Shown one piece after another: positions 36,549-46,108 of a stretch of DNA of 64,000 nt. The translations under genes were made by a program, and so were the position numbers. Under the pieces are notes generated by a model. It did no database searches. It saw nothing but the letters and a program-made list of their open reading frames with translations, and was not told the DNA's origin. The first letter of the stretch is position 1; each line of letters starts with the position of its first letter. Origin of the DNA: a virus; the IMG/VR virus record IMGVR_UViG_3300024346_000007; one strand, written 5' to 3'.

Positions 36549-38609
36549 TTAGGATCCCTCACCACCGCAGCTTACACAATTAAATGCCCCTGTTGGTGTT
36601 GCAGTAAAGTTAGTTCCATCTCTTGTAAATTCTCTAGAGTCTGCCCCATCAGATAACCAGAAAGTTCCGTTATTATCAACTTCAGCATCAAAGCAAGCCT
36701 GGCTAGACACTAGTATAAATATGTTAGTGCATAGACACAGTGTAGCAGTTCCTCCAAATGATAAATTAACATTGGTACATCCTAAGACCACATTACACGC
36801 ATCTGCCGGTGTATTTGCTGATAAACTATACACTATAGGCACAGGTGTTGGAGTAGGAGTGGGAGTGGGTGTAGGAGTAGGTGTAGCTGTTGGAGGTTCA
36901 GGGGTAGGTGTAGGGGTAGGTGTAGCTGTAGGTGGTAATGGGGTAGGTGTAGGTGTAGGAGTAGGAGTTGCCGTTGCTGGTATAGGAGTAGCTGTAGCTG
37001 GCAACGGAGTTGCCGTTGCTGGTATAGGAGTAGCTGTAGCTGGCAACGGAGTTGCCGTTGCTGGTAATGGAGTAGGGGTAGCTGGCAACGGAGTTGCCGT
37101 TGCTGGTAATGGAGTAGGGGTAGCTGGCAACGGAGTTGCCGTTGCTGGTAATGGAGTAGGGGTAGGAGTGCCGCAGTTAGTTTGGTTTTGTAAGTTTCCA
37201 GCAAAAGCAGATGTATTCCAATAATTAATGCCATTAGAATAGAATCCATCTCCTACAGGGCTTGTTAAGCCGCTATCCTGATACAATATAACTCCGTTAG
37301 CCAAAACAGATGTTCCTGGTGCCGCATAATAGGTATTTGTAAATAAAGTAGGGTACCTACCACATGCCTCTAGGCCGCTAAGACTGCTATACGCTAATAA
37401 GAAAGAAGTGTAAGCAGGAGTTGGCGTTGGTGTAGCTGTTGCTGGTAAAGGAGTAGGTGTAGGAGTAGGAGTAGCTGTAGCTGGCAACGGAGTTGCCGTT
37501 GCTGGTAATGGAGTTGCCGTTGCTGGTAATGGAGTAGCTGTAGCTGGTATAGGAGTGGCCGTTGCTGGTAGTGGTGTAGCTGTAGCTGGTAGTGGTGTTG
37601 GAGTAGCTGTTGATGTTGGAGTAGGAGTAGCTGTTGATGTTGGAGTAGGTGTAGCTGTTGGTGTTGATGTTGGAGTAGAAGTAGGCGTAGGTGTAGGAGT
37701 TGGGGTTAAGTATATAGCATATACTATAAACTTACACAGTGGTTTAGAAACCTTAGCTTCTATAGTTGCATAGTTTGATTTAAGAATACAGCTACTACCA
37801 GAGATACTAGTAGAGAATCTATACTTAGTTGTATAGGTTCCTATAACACTACTATTTAGAGTTACAGTTCCGTTACCATTATTAGAAAAATAAGAAACAT
37901 CAGAGCCTGACAACTCTATTGATCCAGTCAAAGCAGTCCATCCTTTAGTATTATCATTTACTAAAGGACTTATTATTTTAGGAGACGTAGAGGATGAAAA
38001 AGATATGTAATCATCCTTTGCATATGGAGGTATTGGAAATATACTCTGATAATCTGGGTGGGTGATTATTATCAACCCATGCTCATAAAATATATTACCA
38101 ACTAAAGTATTTACTGCTGCGACATCATATATGTTACCTTTTCCATCATCCTGTAAATTCATGAAGGATGTAGATATATTAAAGGATATTTTTTTTACTG
38201 ACGTGCTGAATACCTCTTTAGATATGGATAATACTTTAATGGTGGCATCAGATCCACTAGGAAAATCTTTGATCATATACCCTTGAGGAGTATAATCATA
38301 ATAGGACCCAGAAGGCCTATATATAGATGCGCTAGCGTAGTTTAATGATTCTAAATTTGATGAATTATCTAGATAAGACCCAGAAAATGACTGATAATAC
38401 AAATGGTTTACTGAATCATAAACCAATCTATCGTACTCATTATTGGTCTTGATATCGTTATTATAGTCGAATATACTGCCGGTTTTTACACCATTGTATA
38501 CTCTAATTCCATAAGACTCTAAATCACATACACTAACACTCCAATTTTTATTTGCTAAGTATGGAATGTTAGCTATATCTGACTTATATAAACGTTTGTA
38601 TGCCGACAT
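36549..38609 (-). CDS. Virion structural protein: conserved N-terminal domain, Ig-like domain and long mucin-like (PLPATAT/PT)n stalk
   Basis: DDGKGN...VGNIFYEHGLIII N-domain; PPYAKDD...LVND Ig-like module; two tracts of about 100 aa of Pro/Thr/Ala with Cys-rich modules. Confidence 0.8.
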   Translation of the reverse strand: MSAYKRLYKSDIANIPYLANKNWSVSVCDLESYGIRVYNGVKTGSIFDYNNDIKTNNEYDRLVYDSVNHLYYQSFSGSYLDNSSNLESLNYASASIYRPSGSYYDYTPQGYMIKDFPSGSDATIKVLSISKEVFSTSVKKISFNISTSFMNLQDDGKGNIYDVAAVNTLVGNIFYEHGLIIITHPDYQSIFPIPPYAKDDYISFSSSTSPKIISPLVNDNTKGWTALTGSIELSGSDVSYFSNNGNGTVTLNSSVIGTYTTKYRFSTSISGSSCILKSNYATIEAKVSKPLCKFIVYAIYLTPTPTPTPTSTPTSTPTATPTPTSTATPTPTSTATPTPLPATATPLPATATPIPATATPLPATATPLPATATPLPATATPTPTPTPLPATATPTPTPAYTSFLLAYSSLSGLEACGRYPTLFTNTYYAAPGTSVLANGVILYQDSGLTSPVGDGFYSNGINYWNTSAFAGNLQNQTNCGTPTPTPLPATATPLPATPTPLPATATPLPATPTPLPATATPLPATATPIPATATPLPATATPIPATATPTPTPTPTPLPPTATPTPTPTPEPPTATPTPTPTPTPTPTPVPIVYSLSANTPADACNVVLGCTNVNLSFGGTATLCLCTNIFILVSSQACFDAEVDNNGTFWLSDGADSREFTRDGTNFTATPTGAFNCVSCGGEGS
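36840..37706 (-). repeat. Coding tandem repeats (21/42-bp units, PLPATAT and PT) in two tracts, about 36840-37170 and 37414-37706
   Basis: Near-identical copies of gctggcaacggagttgccgttgctggta. Confidence 0.9.
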
Positions 38610-38626
38610 ATGTAGTCATCTCGAAT

Positions 38627-39655
38627 TTAAAATTCTAATTTGACTCTACATGTTATCTGCTTGGTGAAATCTTTTGGCAAAGGTTTACTTAATTTAGCAA
38701 CAGCCAAAAGCTCATTAGCATCGTTATATAATCCTATAGTTGTAGGAAATACCTGCGGATTGTCAATTAGTATTGAGTATAGTACATTTCCATTCTCATC
38801 TATAATAGATGGGTTTGTTGTATAGTTTAACTGAGAGCTTTTTGCATTTACAAAGAAGTATCTAGATGATATAGTCTCTTCGCTTTTTGCTTGAAATAAT
38901 GATCCAGAATTGATTACTCTATATAATCTATCTGCATTTATATTATATACGGCTGTATATGATTTTGCATTTGTTTCGTCTATAGTCATTCCTATTCCTC
39001 CGTTAGCATATGATAGAGCCAGAGCTCTTGGGTTTAGAATATAAACCCCCATATCTGGGAAGAAGTATCCGTAGCTGCCGCTATCGGTCTGTATTGATGA
39101 TGTATTGTAGCTGCTACCGTTTGATCCGCTTACAATATAGTACACTCTATTTCCACCAATAAAACTATTTACAGAAGTGTCTTTACTATTGTCGGTCAAG
39201 TATATATAGCTACTACCATTCTTTAGAGCTAAGTTCCAAGTACCTGTATTAATCTTTTCTTTATATCTAGATCTATTTACATTTATTGCAAATATGTCTC
39301 TAGATACACCTCCATTTCCACCGAAATTAAACACACTGCCTTCATCTCCGTACACTAAGTTTCTAAACTGTCCGTATATATCTCTGGTAGGAGTTTTTTC
39401 ATCTACTAGGCTATTAAATACAGCAGATCCGCTACCTGATATATGTCCATAGGCAACAGAATATTGTACCTCAGACCCATCACTTCCGTATAGAAGGTTA
39501 TATACATTTAGATAATACTTTCCAGTATTATCAGTTTGTTGAGTACTAGCTGTGTATGATGCTGTTAGATTGTATACGTTAGCCGTCCATATAGGGGCCG
39601 TTATAGCCTCTGAACTTATTACACTATCATCATCTTGAAATGGTATGAATGACAT
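38627..39655 (-). CDS. Baseplate/tail structural protein
   Basis: IYGQFRNL, IGLYNDANELLAVAKLSKP; inside the baseplate operon. Confidence 0.7.
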   Translation of the reverse strand: MSFIPFQDDDSVISSEAITAPIWTANVYNLTASYTASTQQTDNTGKYYLNVYNLLYGSDGSEVQYSVAYGHISGSGSAVFNSLVDEKTPTRDIYGQFRNLVYGDEGSVFNFGGNGGVSRDIFAINVNRSRYKEKINTGTWNLALKNGSSYIYLTDNSKDTSVNSFIGGNRVYYIVSGSNGSSYNTSSIQTDSGSYGYFFPDMGVYILNPRALALSYANGGIGMTIDETNAKSYTAVYNINADRLYRVINSGSLFQAKSEETISSRYFFVNAKSSQLNYTTNPSIIDENGNVLYSILIDNPQVFPTTIGLYNDANELLAVAKLSKPLPKDFTKQITCRVKLEF

Positions 39656-40314
39656 TATTTATTCTTTTTTACAGTTAATGGAATAGTAATTCTAGCACCT
39701 GAATCTCTTCCTACTACAGTTATGGTTGTGCTAAGACTTGTTAATGTGCTACCAAATAGGGTATCTATTGTGGTACCTACCAAAGTAAATGAAGTTCCAA
39801 TGGCAGTCTTGCTTATTTGAGTTCCCGTAGTAGTGTTTAAATCAGATATGCCAAGATTAGTCGTGTCTATTCCTATACCTGTAAAGGTAGACAATAATCT
39901 TGCATCTCCAACAGTTACTACATATCCGCTAGGTTCGAATGTAGATGTAGCTCCTAAATAGTTCAAAGTCTGTGGAGTTATCACTATTGAAGCCGCTTGC
40001 TTAAGAACTATGCTAGCATACCCTACATTTATAACTGGGAGTTTGCTTGTTCCTCTAGGAAGTGTTACCAACTTATATTTCATAATTTGGTTCTCATCTG
40101 GGAATGCTTCTAATAGGGGTAGGTTTTCTATAGCTTCTCCATAAAAAGCCGAGCCTGAGGGGTGTGTTGTATTATACAACGTATAATCTATCTCATCATC
40201 AGCCATTGCAAACTGTGTAATCCTGAATGACCCATCGTTCCTGGCTAGGAGTTCCCTGCCTTTTTTAGTCAAAATTGCATCGACAGTTACTACATTATTG
40301 TTTAAATATCCCAT
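39655..40314 (-). CDS. Virion structural protein
   Basis: MGYLNN...DAILTKKGRELLA...ITQFAMADDEIDY motif; late motif at 40331-40339. Confidence 0.7.
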   Translation of the reverse strand: MGYLNNNVVTVDAILTKKGRELLARNDGSFRITQFAMADDEIDYTLYNTTHPSGSAFYGEAIENLPLLEAFPDENQIMKYKLVTLPRGTSKLPVINVGYASIVLKQAASIVITPQTLNYLGATSTFEPSGYVVTVGDARLLSTFTGIGIDTTNLGISDLNTTTGTQISKTAIGTSFTLVGTTIDTLFGSTLTSLSTTITVVGRDSGARITIPLTVKKNK

Positions 40315-40358
40315 TTTTGTAATTTGTATATATAAATATTAAGATTTATCATTTTAGG

Positions 40359-43300
40359 TTATCCTATGATTAGAACTTTAGAAAGGATGGTATCCTTAAG
40401 AGGAGCTACTATGTTTCCTATCTCTTTTTTAATCTCTGGTTTGATATTATATGGTATCATAAAGGCATTAGATGGTAAGCCATCTTTCTTTTTGAAGTCC
40501 AATATTATTACCGTTTCATCCTCTGTTTTCCTTAAAATTGCAAAGCTAGCTCCAGATATCTGATTAGGGTTATACTCTCTATCTAACACTATGGCAGCTG
40601 GTCTGGTTACTACATATGTTGTTATAGTTCCTGAAGATATAGCCTGTATCTGAGGTTCTATAACCTCTAATACTGTATAATAATCAGGTTTTATGGCATT
40701 AAATTGAGTAAACCTTATGACATCATAAACTTTAACGTTGAATGGATACTCTACCGCACTATAACTGTTACTTATAGAAGCTGGGTTAGACGGATCCTGT
40801 GGTTCAAAGATAACACCTTGTTTCCATAATAAGGACGCTTCTTCATTAAAAACTACAGTTTTATTATCTGAGGATGCTATTATTATTGGGTGTAGAGGGT
40901 CTACTCCTATAGTCGTTGTTGTTACTTGGGTAGTATTTGCTGTTACCTTGTCCCATACCTCGAAAAACGCCTGGGACGTAGTTCCAGGTTGCATTTCAAA
41001 ATAAATATTTTCACTTCTTCTAAAAAACGTTGTTACTTCCGCAAAGTAGAATCTAACTCTTAATTTATCGTTTTGGTTTAATTTTACTTCTTTATTGAAC
41101 AATTGACACTTTCCTTCAAAGTACGGACTTATTAAGTTACCATTATAAGTCCCTCCTATAGTCTCTTCTGGGAAATACAAGAAGCCTTTACTTTCATTAA
41201 CTAGTGCTCTAGTTGTTCCTGTACTAGACTCGCCTCCAGATGCTATTGGTATATTTGTTGCAGTAAAAGTAGTATATCCGTAAGGAATTGGATTAGATGC
41301 GTCGCTAGTATCTAAATAGTCCCATGTTGATGATCCTGCTTTTTGAACTTCTAGAATACCTATTATTTTTACAATAGCTGGTCCCTTTTCTTCCGGCCTC
41401 CCTCCAGATCCTTCTGGATTTTTAACCTTTACTTTTATAGGTAAGTCTATGTTCACTTTATAAGTAGATGTTCTTGGAGCTGTTACATATGAATAATACT
41501 CAGTTCCTGACTGTACTACTGTTAGTTTTCCAGTAAAATCATTAGTTATATAACCTCCATCTGTCTCTGCAGTGCTAAATGGTATAAACCAATCTAAAGA
41601 ATAATAAGAAGCGTCGTCTCCAAATATATAGTTTTTAAACCCTATATTTCGTAAGGAATTTGTATAATCTTTGTATAAAGTACTAGAAGCTATATAATCA
41701 GTTAAAGGCATTTTTAAATAAGGCCAACTAGTACTCGGTACTCTTTTTTGAGAAAAAGTTATACCTGTTTGAGCAGCCCCGTTTATTCTAAAAAATACAT
41801 TGGTATTATTTGGAAGATCTACAAATTCTGCGTTTGTGTCACCGTATGTTTCAAAAACATATCCATCTAGATTAATGGCTTTTAATCCTAGTCTTTTTTC
41901 TGTTGTTTCTGTTGGCTCTAAGTATGTAAATGTTAAATCTTCATTAATATCTCTAAAGAGTATAGGAGAATAATTAAACCCGCCTTCCCATATTACCTTA
42001 TCCCCATCTAATGAAGATTGATTTGTAGGATTTAATTTATCCATTAATGAAACGTTAACAAGATCTCCCTTCTTGTAAATATTTTGAACTTCAAAAATAT
42101 GATAGTTTCTTCTAGACAATTCAGTTATTGACCCTGTAGCATCTATAAGATATTTTATATTAACGGTTGTTTTGTCATAAAAATTAAGATTCTTCTTATT
42201 AATACTATTAGCAAATGCAAACTTTTCTGAGTTAAAATCTATAGCAGCAGTTTTACCATAGGAGTAATCTCCTGGGGTGTAAAAATTATATATAGAACTA
42301 GTAGTTTTAGATCCATCGTATCTCGGTCTAGTATATCTTGGGTCTGAGTAGTTTTCATCCATTATCTCTACTGGCTCAAGCATCCCAAACTGGTATGGGT
42401 TAATCTTTTTAAATATTTTAGATATTTGACTAGCTGACACATTATTAATAGTTGTGTTGTATACACTCCTATCAAAAAAGTTATGATCTATACTAGAGGT
42501 GTATAACAAATACGGATTATAATTCTTCTCTGCAAATATATTATTAATGTCAATTAAAGATCCTGACAGCTGACCTGTATAAAAATCACTGCCGTCTGCA
42601 TAGCCGCTTGTGTATATACTGTTCGCTGTAATATCTCCCGCTGCTATTTCACCCTCTTTGTAATTATAATTTTCAGTTAAAATTGTCTCAGCTCTTTTTG
42701 CTTTAGACCTCTCAAGTAAAGTAGATTTTATTGTAAGACCAGTCTGTATGCTAGACCTAGCAGGGACATAGTCTTTGATCATTTTAAACAATGAGTTATC
42801 AAAAAACTTTATCAGTCTTATATAATCTGCAAGGTTGTAATTTCTAAAATACTTGTCGTAGTATTCTTTATTTAGAGATACTAAGTTTGGATACTCTTTT
42901 TTATAATCATCTCTAGGATCTCCTATATACTCATCTATATCTATTGAGTTTCCATACTGACCTATTATATCTTTATTCGTTTCATTCTGTGGAGAGAAAG
43001 AAGCATCTATAAAGTGGATATCTTTTGTTGTGTATATTTGAGACTCATCCTCCAATCTTATAAATGGTGACAAAACACTACCAGTTATATAGTTGTCTAT
43101 AATCCTAACTTTTTGATTTACTGGCGTGGCATACACCATATTAGGGGTATCTGTTACATACTCCTCATCATTAGGTATATAGTTATTCTCATTAGAAAAA
43201 CCTACAAAGCTGGCAGACTTTTCGGTACCTCCAGTTATATAGGATCTTTCTTTATAATTTGGCTGTACAGAATACACCGATCCTGTTGTGTTGTGGTTAT

Positions 43301-45776
43301 AGGTATATAGGTTATTACCGAGAGGGAATCTAGCAGATAATTCATCATATGAAGATCCACTATAGTTTCCTCTTATTGATTCTGGGTTTAATGTATGATA
43401 ATCAAAAACAGACTCAGATAGAGGAGTTGTCCAATACCTAAGCTCTTGAAGGCTACCTACAAATTTAGAACCAGTTCCACCTAGATAAAGAGACTGTGAT
43501 ACTCTATTCCAGCTATAGTTGTAAGAAGAAGATGTTGCCCCTTCAGCAAATATGCTAGCAGACGCTTCATGACCTATCCTTATACCTATCTTATTCTTTA
43601 CATATAGATCGTAATATTGGTCCTGATTATTTGTGTTTACATCGTACTCATTTCTTCTCTTGACCATCACATTCCACCACAAAGACTCTCCAGAGGAGGC
43701 AGTCATGAATATAGGAAGGGATATAGAAGTTTTAGATACTCCGGCACTACCGCTAAGGTAGAAATTTACCACACTATAAGGATACCCAATAGCTGAATCT
43801 GGGTACATATTTGCATACATAGTCCTTCTTCCATTGCTGTCTAGAGTAACATCGAATAAAGAAGATGTATAGTAGTAGTAATCTTTGTCTGGATTAAATC
43901 TAAACTCTAGTGAATTTGGAACATAATCAGTAACAGATCCTGTAGGATAATCATATTCAGCCCCCCAATAAGCCTTTACATAGGACCCTGACATGTTTAG
44001 GGCGTACGAGAATCTATCGTAGGTGTATTCTACGGTGTTATTAAGCTTATCTGCGCCCCCAAACTCATTAACTGACAAGATAGTATCAGGTATTCCGAAA
44101 GACGATATAAGGGCCTTTAATCCCCTTGCAGTACCCTTAGATTTTAATAGAAGAGGTAAGTTGTGATATATCCTCTTTAAAGTCTCCTTTTGTATGTCTT
44201 GTCCAGGTATAGTATATGCTGATGCTGTTACTAACGTATCAAAAGATGATCCTGTAGGAGAGTAGCTTCCGGATACAGAGCTTCCTATCAGATATTGAAA
44301 TAGATTCTCACTACTTTTTGAATTATATAGTTTTATACCAAGAGACCTTAGAGCATAGTAAACAAGGTCCTTAGATATTCCTTTATTAAGATTGTTATTG
44401 TTTTTATAAAGATCTGTAATACTCTTCATGTATATCCACACATTATCAAAATGCTGGCCTACCATGTTTAAGAATAGAGTGTATCCATCATTTACAGGAT
44501 CTACAGATATGTACTCTGGTACAATATAAGATAAGTTGTCTTGGTTTTCTAAATCATATATAGATGCTGAGTTTAACTGGCCACCATATAGTATAGAATC
44601 ATAATCATCTGATCCTAACCAAGTCTCTACTTCACTAGAAGTAGAAGAGTATAAAGTATAAGGCTTGTACGCATTTGACTTTGGCCATGCTGAAGATTCT
44701 GATGTATAGTAAAGATAGGTTTCATATCCGTCAAAATTGGTAACTATGTTATCTATCTTTCCCTGTAGAGAAGTTATACTTGCACTAGAGTTGAAAGATG
44801 TGTTATAGTTTGTAGTAGTCTTTATTGCGTTTATGTCTGATTGGTACGCTTCTACTAGTTCTATCTTGTATCTAAAGTTTAATAATCTTTCTTTTGCAGA
44901 AGAGAAGTGTACAAAATCGCCATAGTCTGAGTAGTCTACGTTTATTTGTATACCCTTTTTATTTAATGCATTTAGCAACTCTTGGTAAGCGCCAAGAGAT
45001 TGATTTGATAGTAGATCATTTATGTTAGTATAGTCAGATGGCTTTATAGAATTTTCATCTACTTCTATATCAAAGTTAGCTGACTTTAGAAAAGGGATAC
45101 TTGTTTGTATAGGTTGAGGGGCTAGGTTAACCTCAAAAACAGAAGCTTCTGATAGTTCTTCTACGAACCAAAAAGAAGACTTTATACCAAACTCACTAGG
45201 GAGTGGTTGATATAGTTTTATCAATACACTATATGGATCTGTGTTCTTATCTAATGCTATATTTACAGCATTTATTATATTGTTGTCCCCAAAGTTTAAA
45301 AGAAAATCTTTAAAGTAGGATGCTGTTTGTATCTCATATAAAAAGTTTATAACACCTTCTTCTATGGTCAAATTAGACAAGTCATTAGAAGATATTCTAA
45401 GTTCCTTACGATCATTAGATATTTCTTTTATAAAGAACACCTTTTGATTAATATCTACTATCTTCTTCCTATATACATTGAACTGAACATTATATGTTCC
45501 ATATGTAAACCCAAGTGATTCTACTACACTGCCAGGGAAGAACTCTAACTCTTCTGTGTACGTGTTTTCAGATCCTTGTAAAGTTGCCGGTATTCTGTAC
45601 TCTGTATAATTATAATTTGAGTAAAGTAAACTACCGTTTTTAGTATATACATGATACTCTACATAATCTTCCTTTAAACCAAACTGTCTTATATAATCTC
45701 TAGAAGCTATAAGAGATGAGTCTATAGTATCGTACTTATCAAAACTAACATTTATCTTATTTACAGACGTTACCAT
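40359..45776 (-). CDS. Large baseplate wedge protein (gp7-like) with extended C-terminal domains
   Basis: 1805 aa; MVGQHFD, LLLKSKGTARGLKALISSFGIP, EFGG, MIKDYVPAR motifs. Confidence 0.7.
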   Translation of the reverse strand: MVTSVNKINVSFDKYDTIDSSLIASRDYIRQFGLKEDYVEYHVYTKNGSLLYSNYNYTEYRIPATLQGSENTYTEELEFFPGSVVESLGFTYGTYNVQFNVYRKKIVDINQKVFFIKEISNDRKELRISSNDLSNLTIEEGVINFLYEIQTASYFKDFLLNFGDNNIINAVNIALDKNTDPYSVLIKLYQPLPSEFGIKSSFWFVEELSEASVFEVNLAPQPIQTSIPFLKSANFDIEVDENSIKPSDYTNINDLLSNQSLGAYQELLNALNKKGIQINVDYSDYGDFVHFSSAKERLLNFRYKIELVEAYQSDINAIKTTTNYNTSFNSSASITSLQGKIDNIVTNFDGYETYLYYTSESSAWPKSNAYKPYTLYSSTSSEVETWLGSDDYDSILYGGQLNSASIYDLENQDNLSYIVPEYISVDPVNDGYTLFLNMVGQHFDNVWIYMKSITDLYKNNNNLNKGISKDLVYYALRSLGIKLYNSKSSENLFQYLIGSSVSGSYSPTGSSFDTLVTASAYTIPGQDIQKETLKRIYHNLPLLLKSKGTARGLKALISSFGIPDTILSVNEFGGADKLNNTVEYTYDRFSYALNMSGSYVKAYWGAEYDYPTGSVTDYVPNSLEFRFNPDKDYYYYTSSLFDVTLDSNGRRTMYANMYPDSAIGYPYSVVNFYLSGSAGVSKTSISLPIFMTASSGESLWWNVMVKRRNEYDVNTNNQDQYYDLYVKNKIGIRIGHEASASIFAEGATSSSYNYSWNRVSQSLYLGGTGSKFVGSLQELRYWTTPLSESVFDYHTLNPESIRGNYSGSSYDELSARFPLGNNLYTYNHNTTGSVYSVQPNYKERSYITGGTEKSASFVGFSNENNYIPNDEEYVTDTPNMVYATPVNQKVRIIDNYITGSVLSPFIRLEDESQIYTTKDIHFIDASFSPQNETNKDIIGQYGNSIDIDEYIGDPRDDYKKEYPNLVSLNKEYYDKYFRNYNLADYIRLIKFFDNSLFKMIKDYVPARSSIQTGLTIKSTLLERSKAKRAETILTENYNYKEGEIAAGDITANSIYTSGYADGSDFYTGQLSGSLIDINNIFAEKNYNPYLLYTSSIDHNFFDRSVYNTTINNVSASQISKIFKKINPYQFGMLEPVEIMDENYSDPRYTRPRYDGSKTTSSIYNFYTPGDYSYGKTAAIDFNSEKFAFANSINKKNLNFYDKTTVNIKYLIDATGSITELSRRNYHIFEVQNIYKKGDLVNVSLMDKLNPTNQSSLDGDKVIWEGGFNYSPILFRDINEDLTFTYLEPTETTEKRLGLKAINLDGYVFETYGDTNAEFVDLPNNTNVFFRINGAAQTGITFSQKRVPSTSWPYLKMPLTDYIASSTLYKDYTNSLRNIGFKNYIFGDDASYYSLDWFIPFSTAETDGGYITNDFTGKLTVVQSGTEYYSYVTAPRTSTYKVNIDLPIKVKVKNPEGSGGRPEEKGPAIVKIIGILEVQKAGSSTWDYLDTSDASNPIPYGYTTFTATNIPIASGGESSTGTTRALVNESKGFLYFPEETIGGTYNGNLISPYFEGKCQLFNKEVKLNQNDKLRVRFYFAEVTTFFRRSENIYFEMQPGTTSQAFFEVWDKVTANTTQVTTTTIGVDPLHPIIIASSDNKTVVFNEEASLLWKQGVIFEPQDPSNPASISNSYSAVEYPFNVKVYDVIRFTQFNAIKPDYYTVLEVIEPQIQAISSGTITTYVVTRPAAIVLDREYNPNQISGASFAILRKTEDETVIILDFKKKDGLPSNAFMIPYNIKPEIKKEIGNIVAPLKDTILSKVLIIG

Positions 45777-46108
45777 TATTTAGTCGGGTTTGTAAGTGAT
45801 ACTATCTGTGTCTTTAGTGACACGTTTTCATCTCTTAAATTTGCTATCTCTTCTCTTAAATCATCTATACTTAAACCTATATACTCTCCGCTTCTTTTTA
45901 CCAGTTCAGTATGAGAGTTTTCAGATCCACTAGGAGGTATATCATAAAACAAAGTATCATAATCACTAAAGAAGCTATCTACAGATGCTGGAGTTTGAGT
46001 TATATCTGTTGGTTCTTTAGGCACTAACTGATTAAACTCTACATCTACCACATTTGTAAATGTATTCTTGCCGTATATCTTTCTAACTATGTTTACTTGC
46101 TCCCCCAT
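45776..46108 (-). CDS. Small hypothetical baseplate-operon protein
   Basis: 110 aa with C-terminal coiled coil, coupled to neighbours. Confidence 0.65.
   Translation of the reverse strand: MGEQVNIVRKIYGKNTFTNVVDVEFNQLVPKEPTDITQTPASVDSFFSDYDTLFYDIPPSGSENSHTELVKRSGEYIGLSIDDLREEIANLRDENVSLKTQIVSLTNPTK

Noticed and set aside
36960-37600. Palindromic repeats resembling a CRISPR array
   Set aside because: No unique spacers, unit lengths are multiples of three within a coding frame, and no cas genes are present.
36721-37773. GVGVAVAG-rich plus-strand ORFs and an LLHYQQRQ minus-strand ORF
   Set aside because: Antisense or alternative-frame readings of the Thr-Pro tracts.
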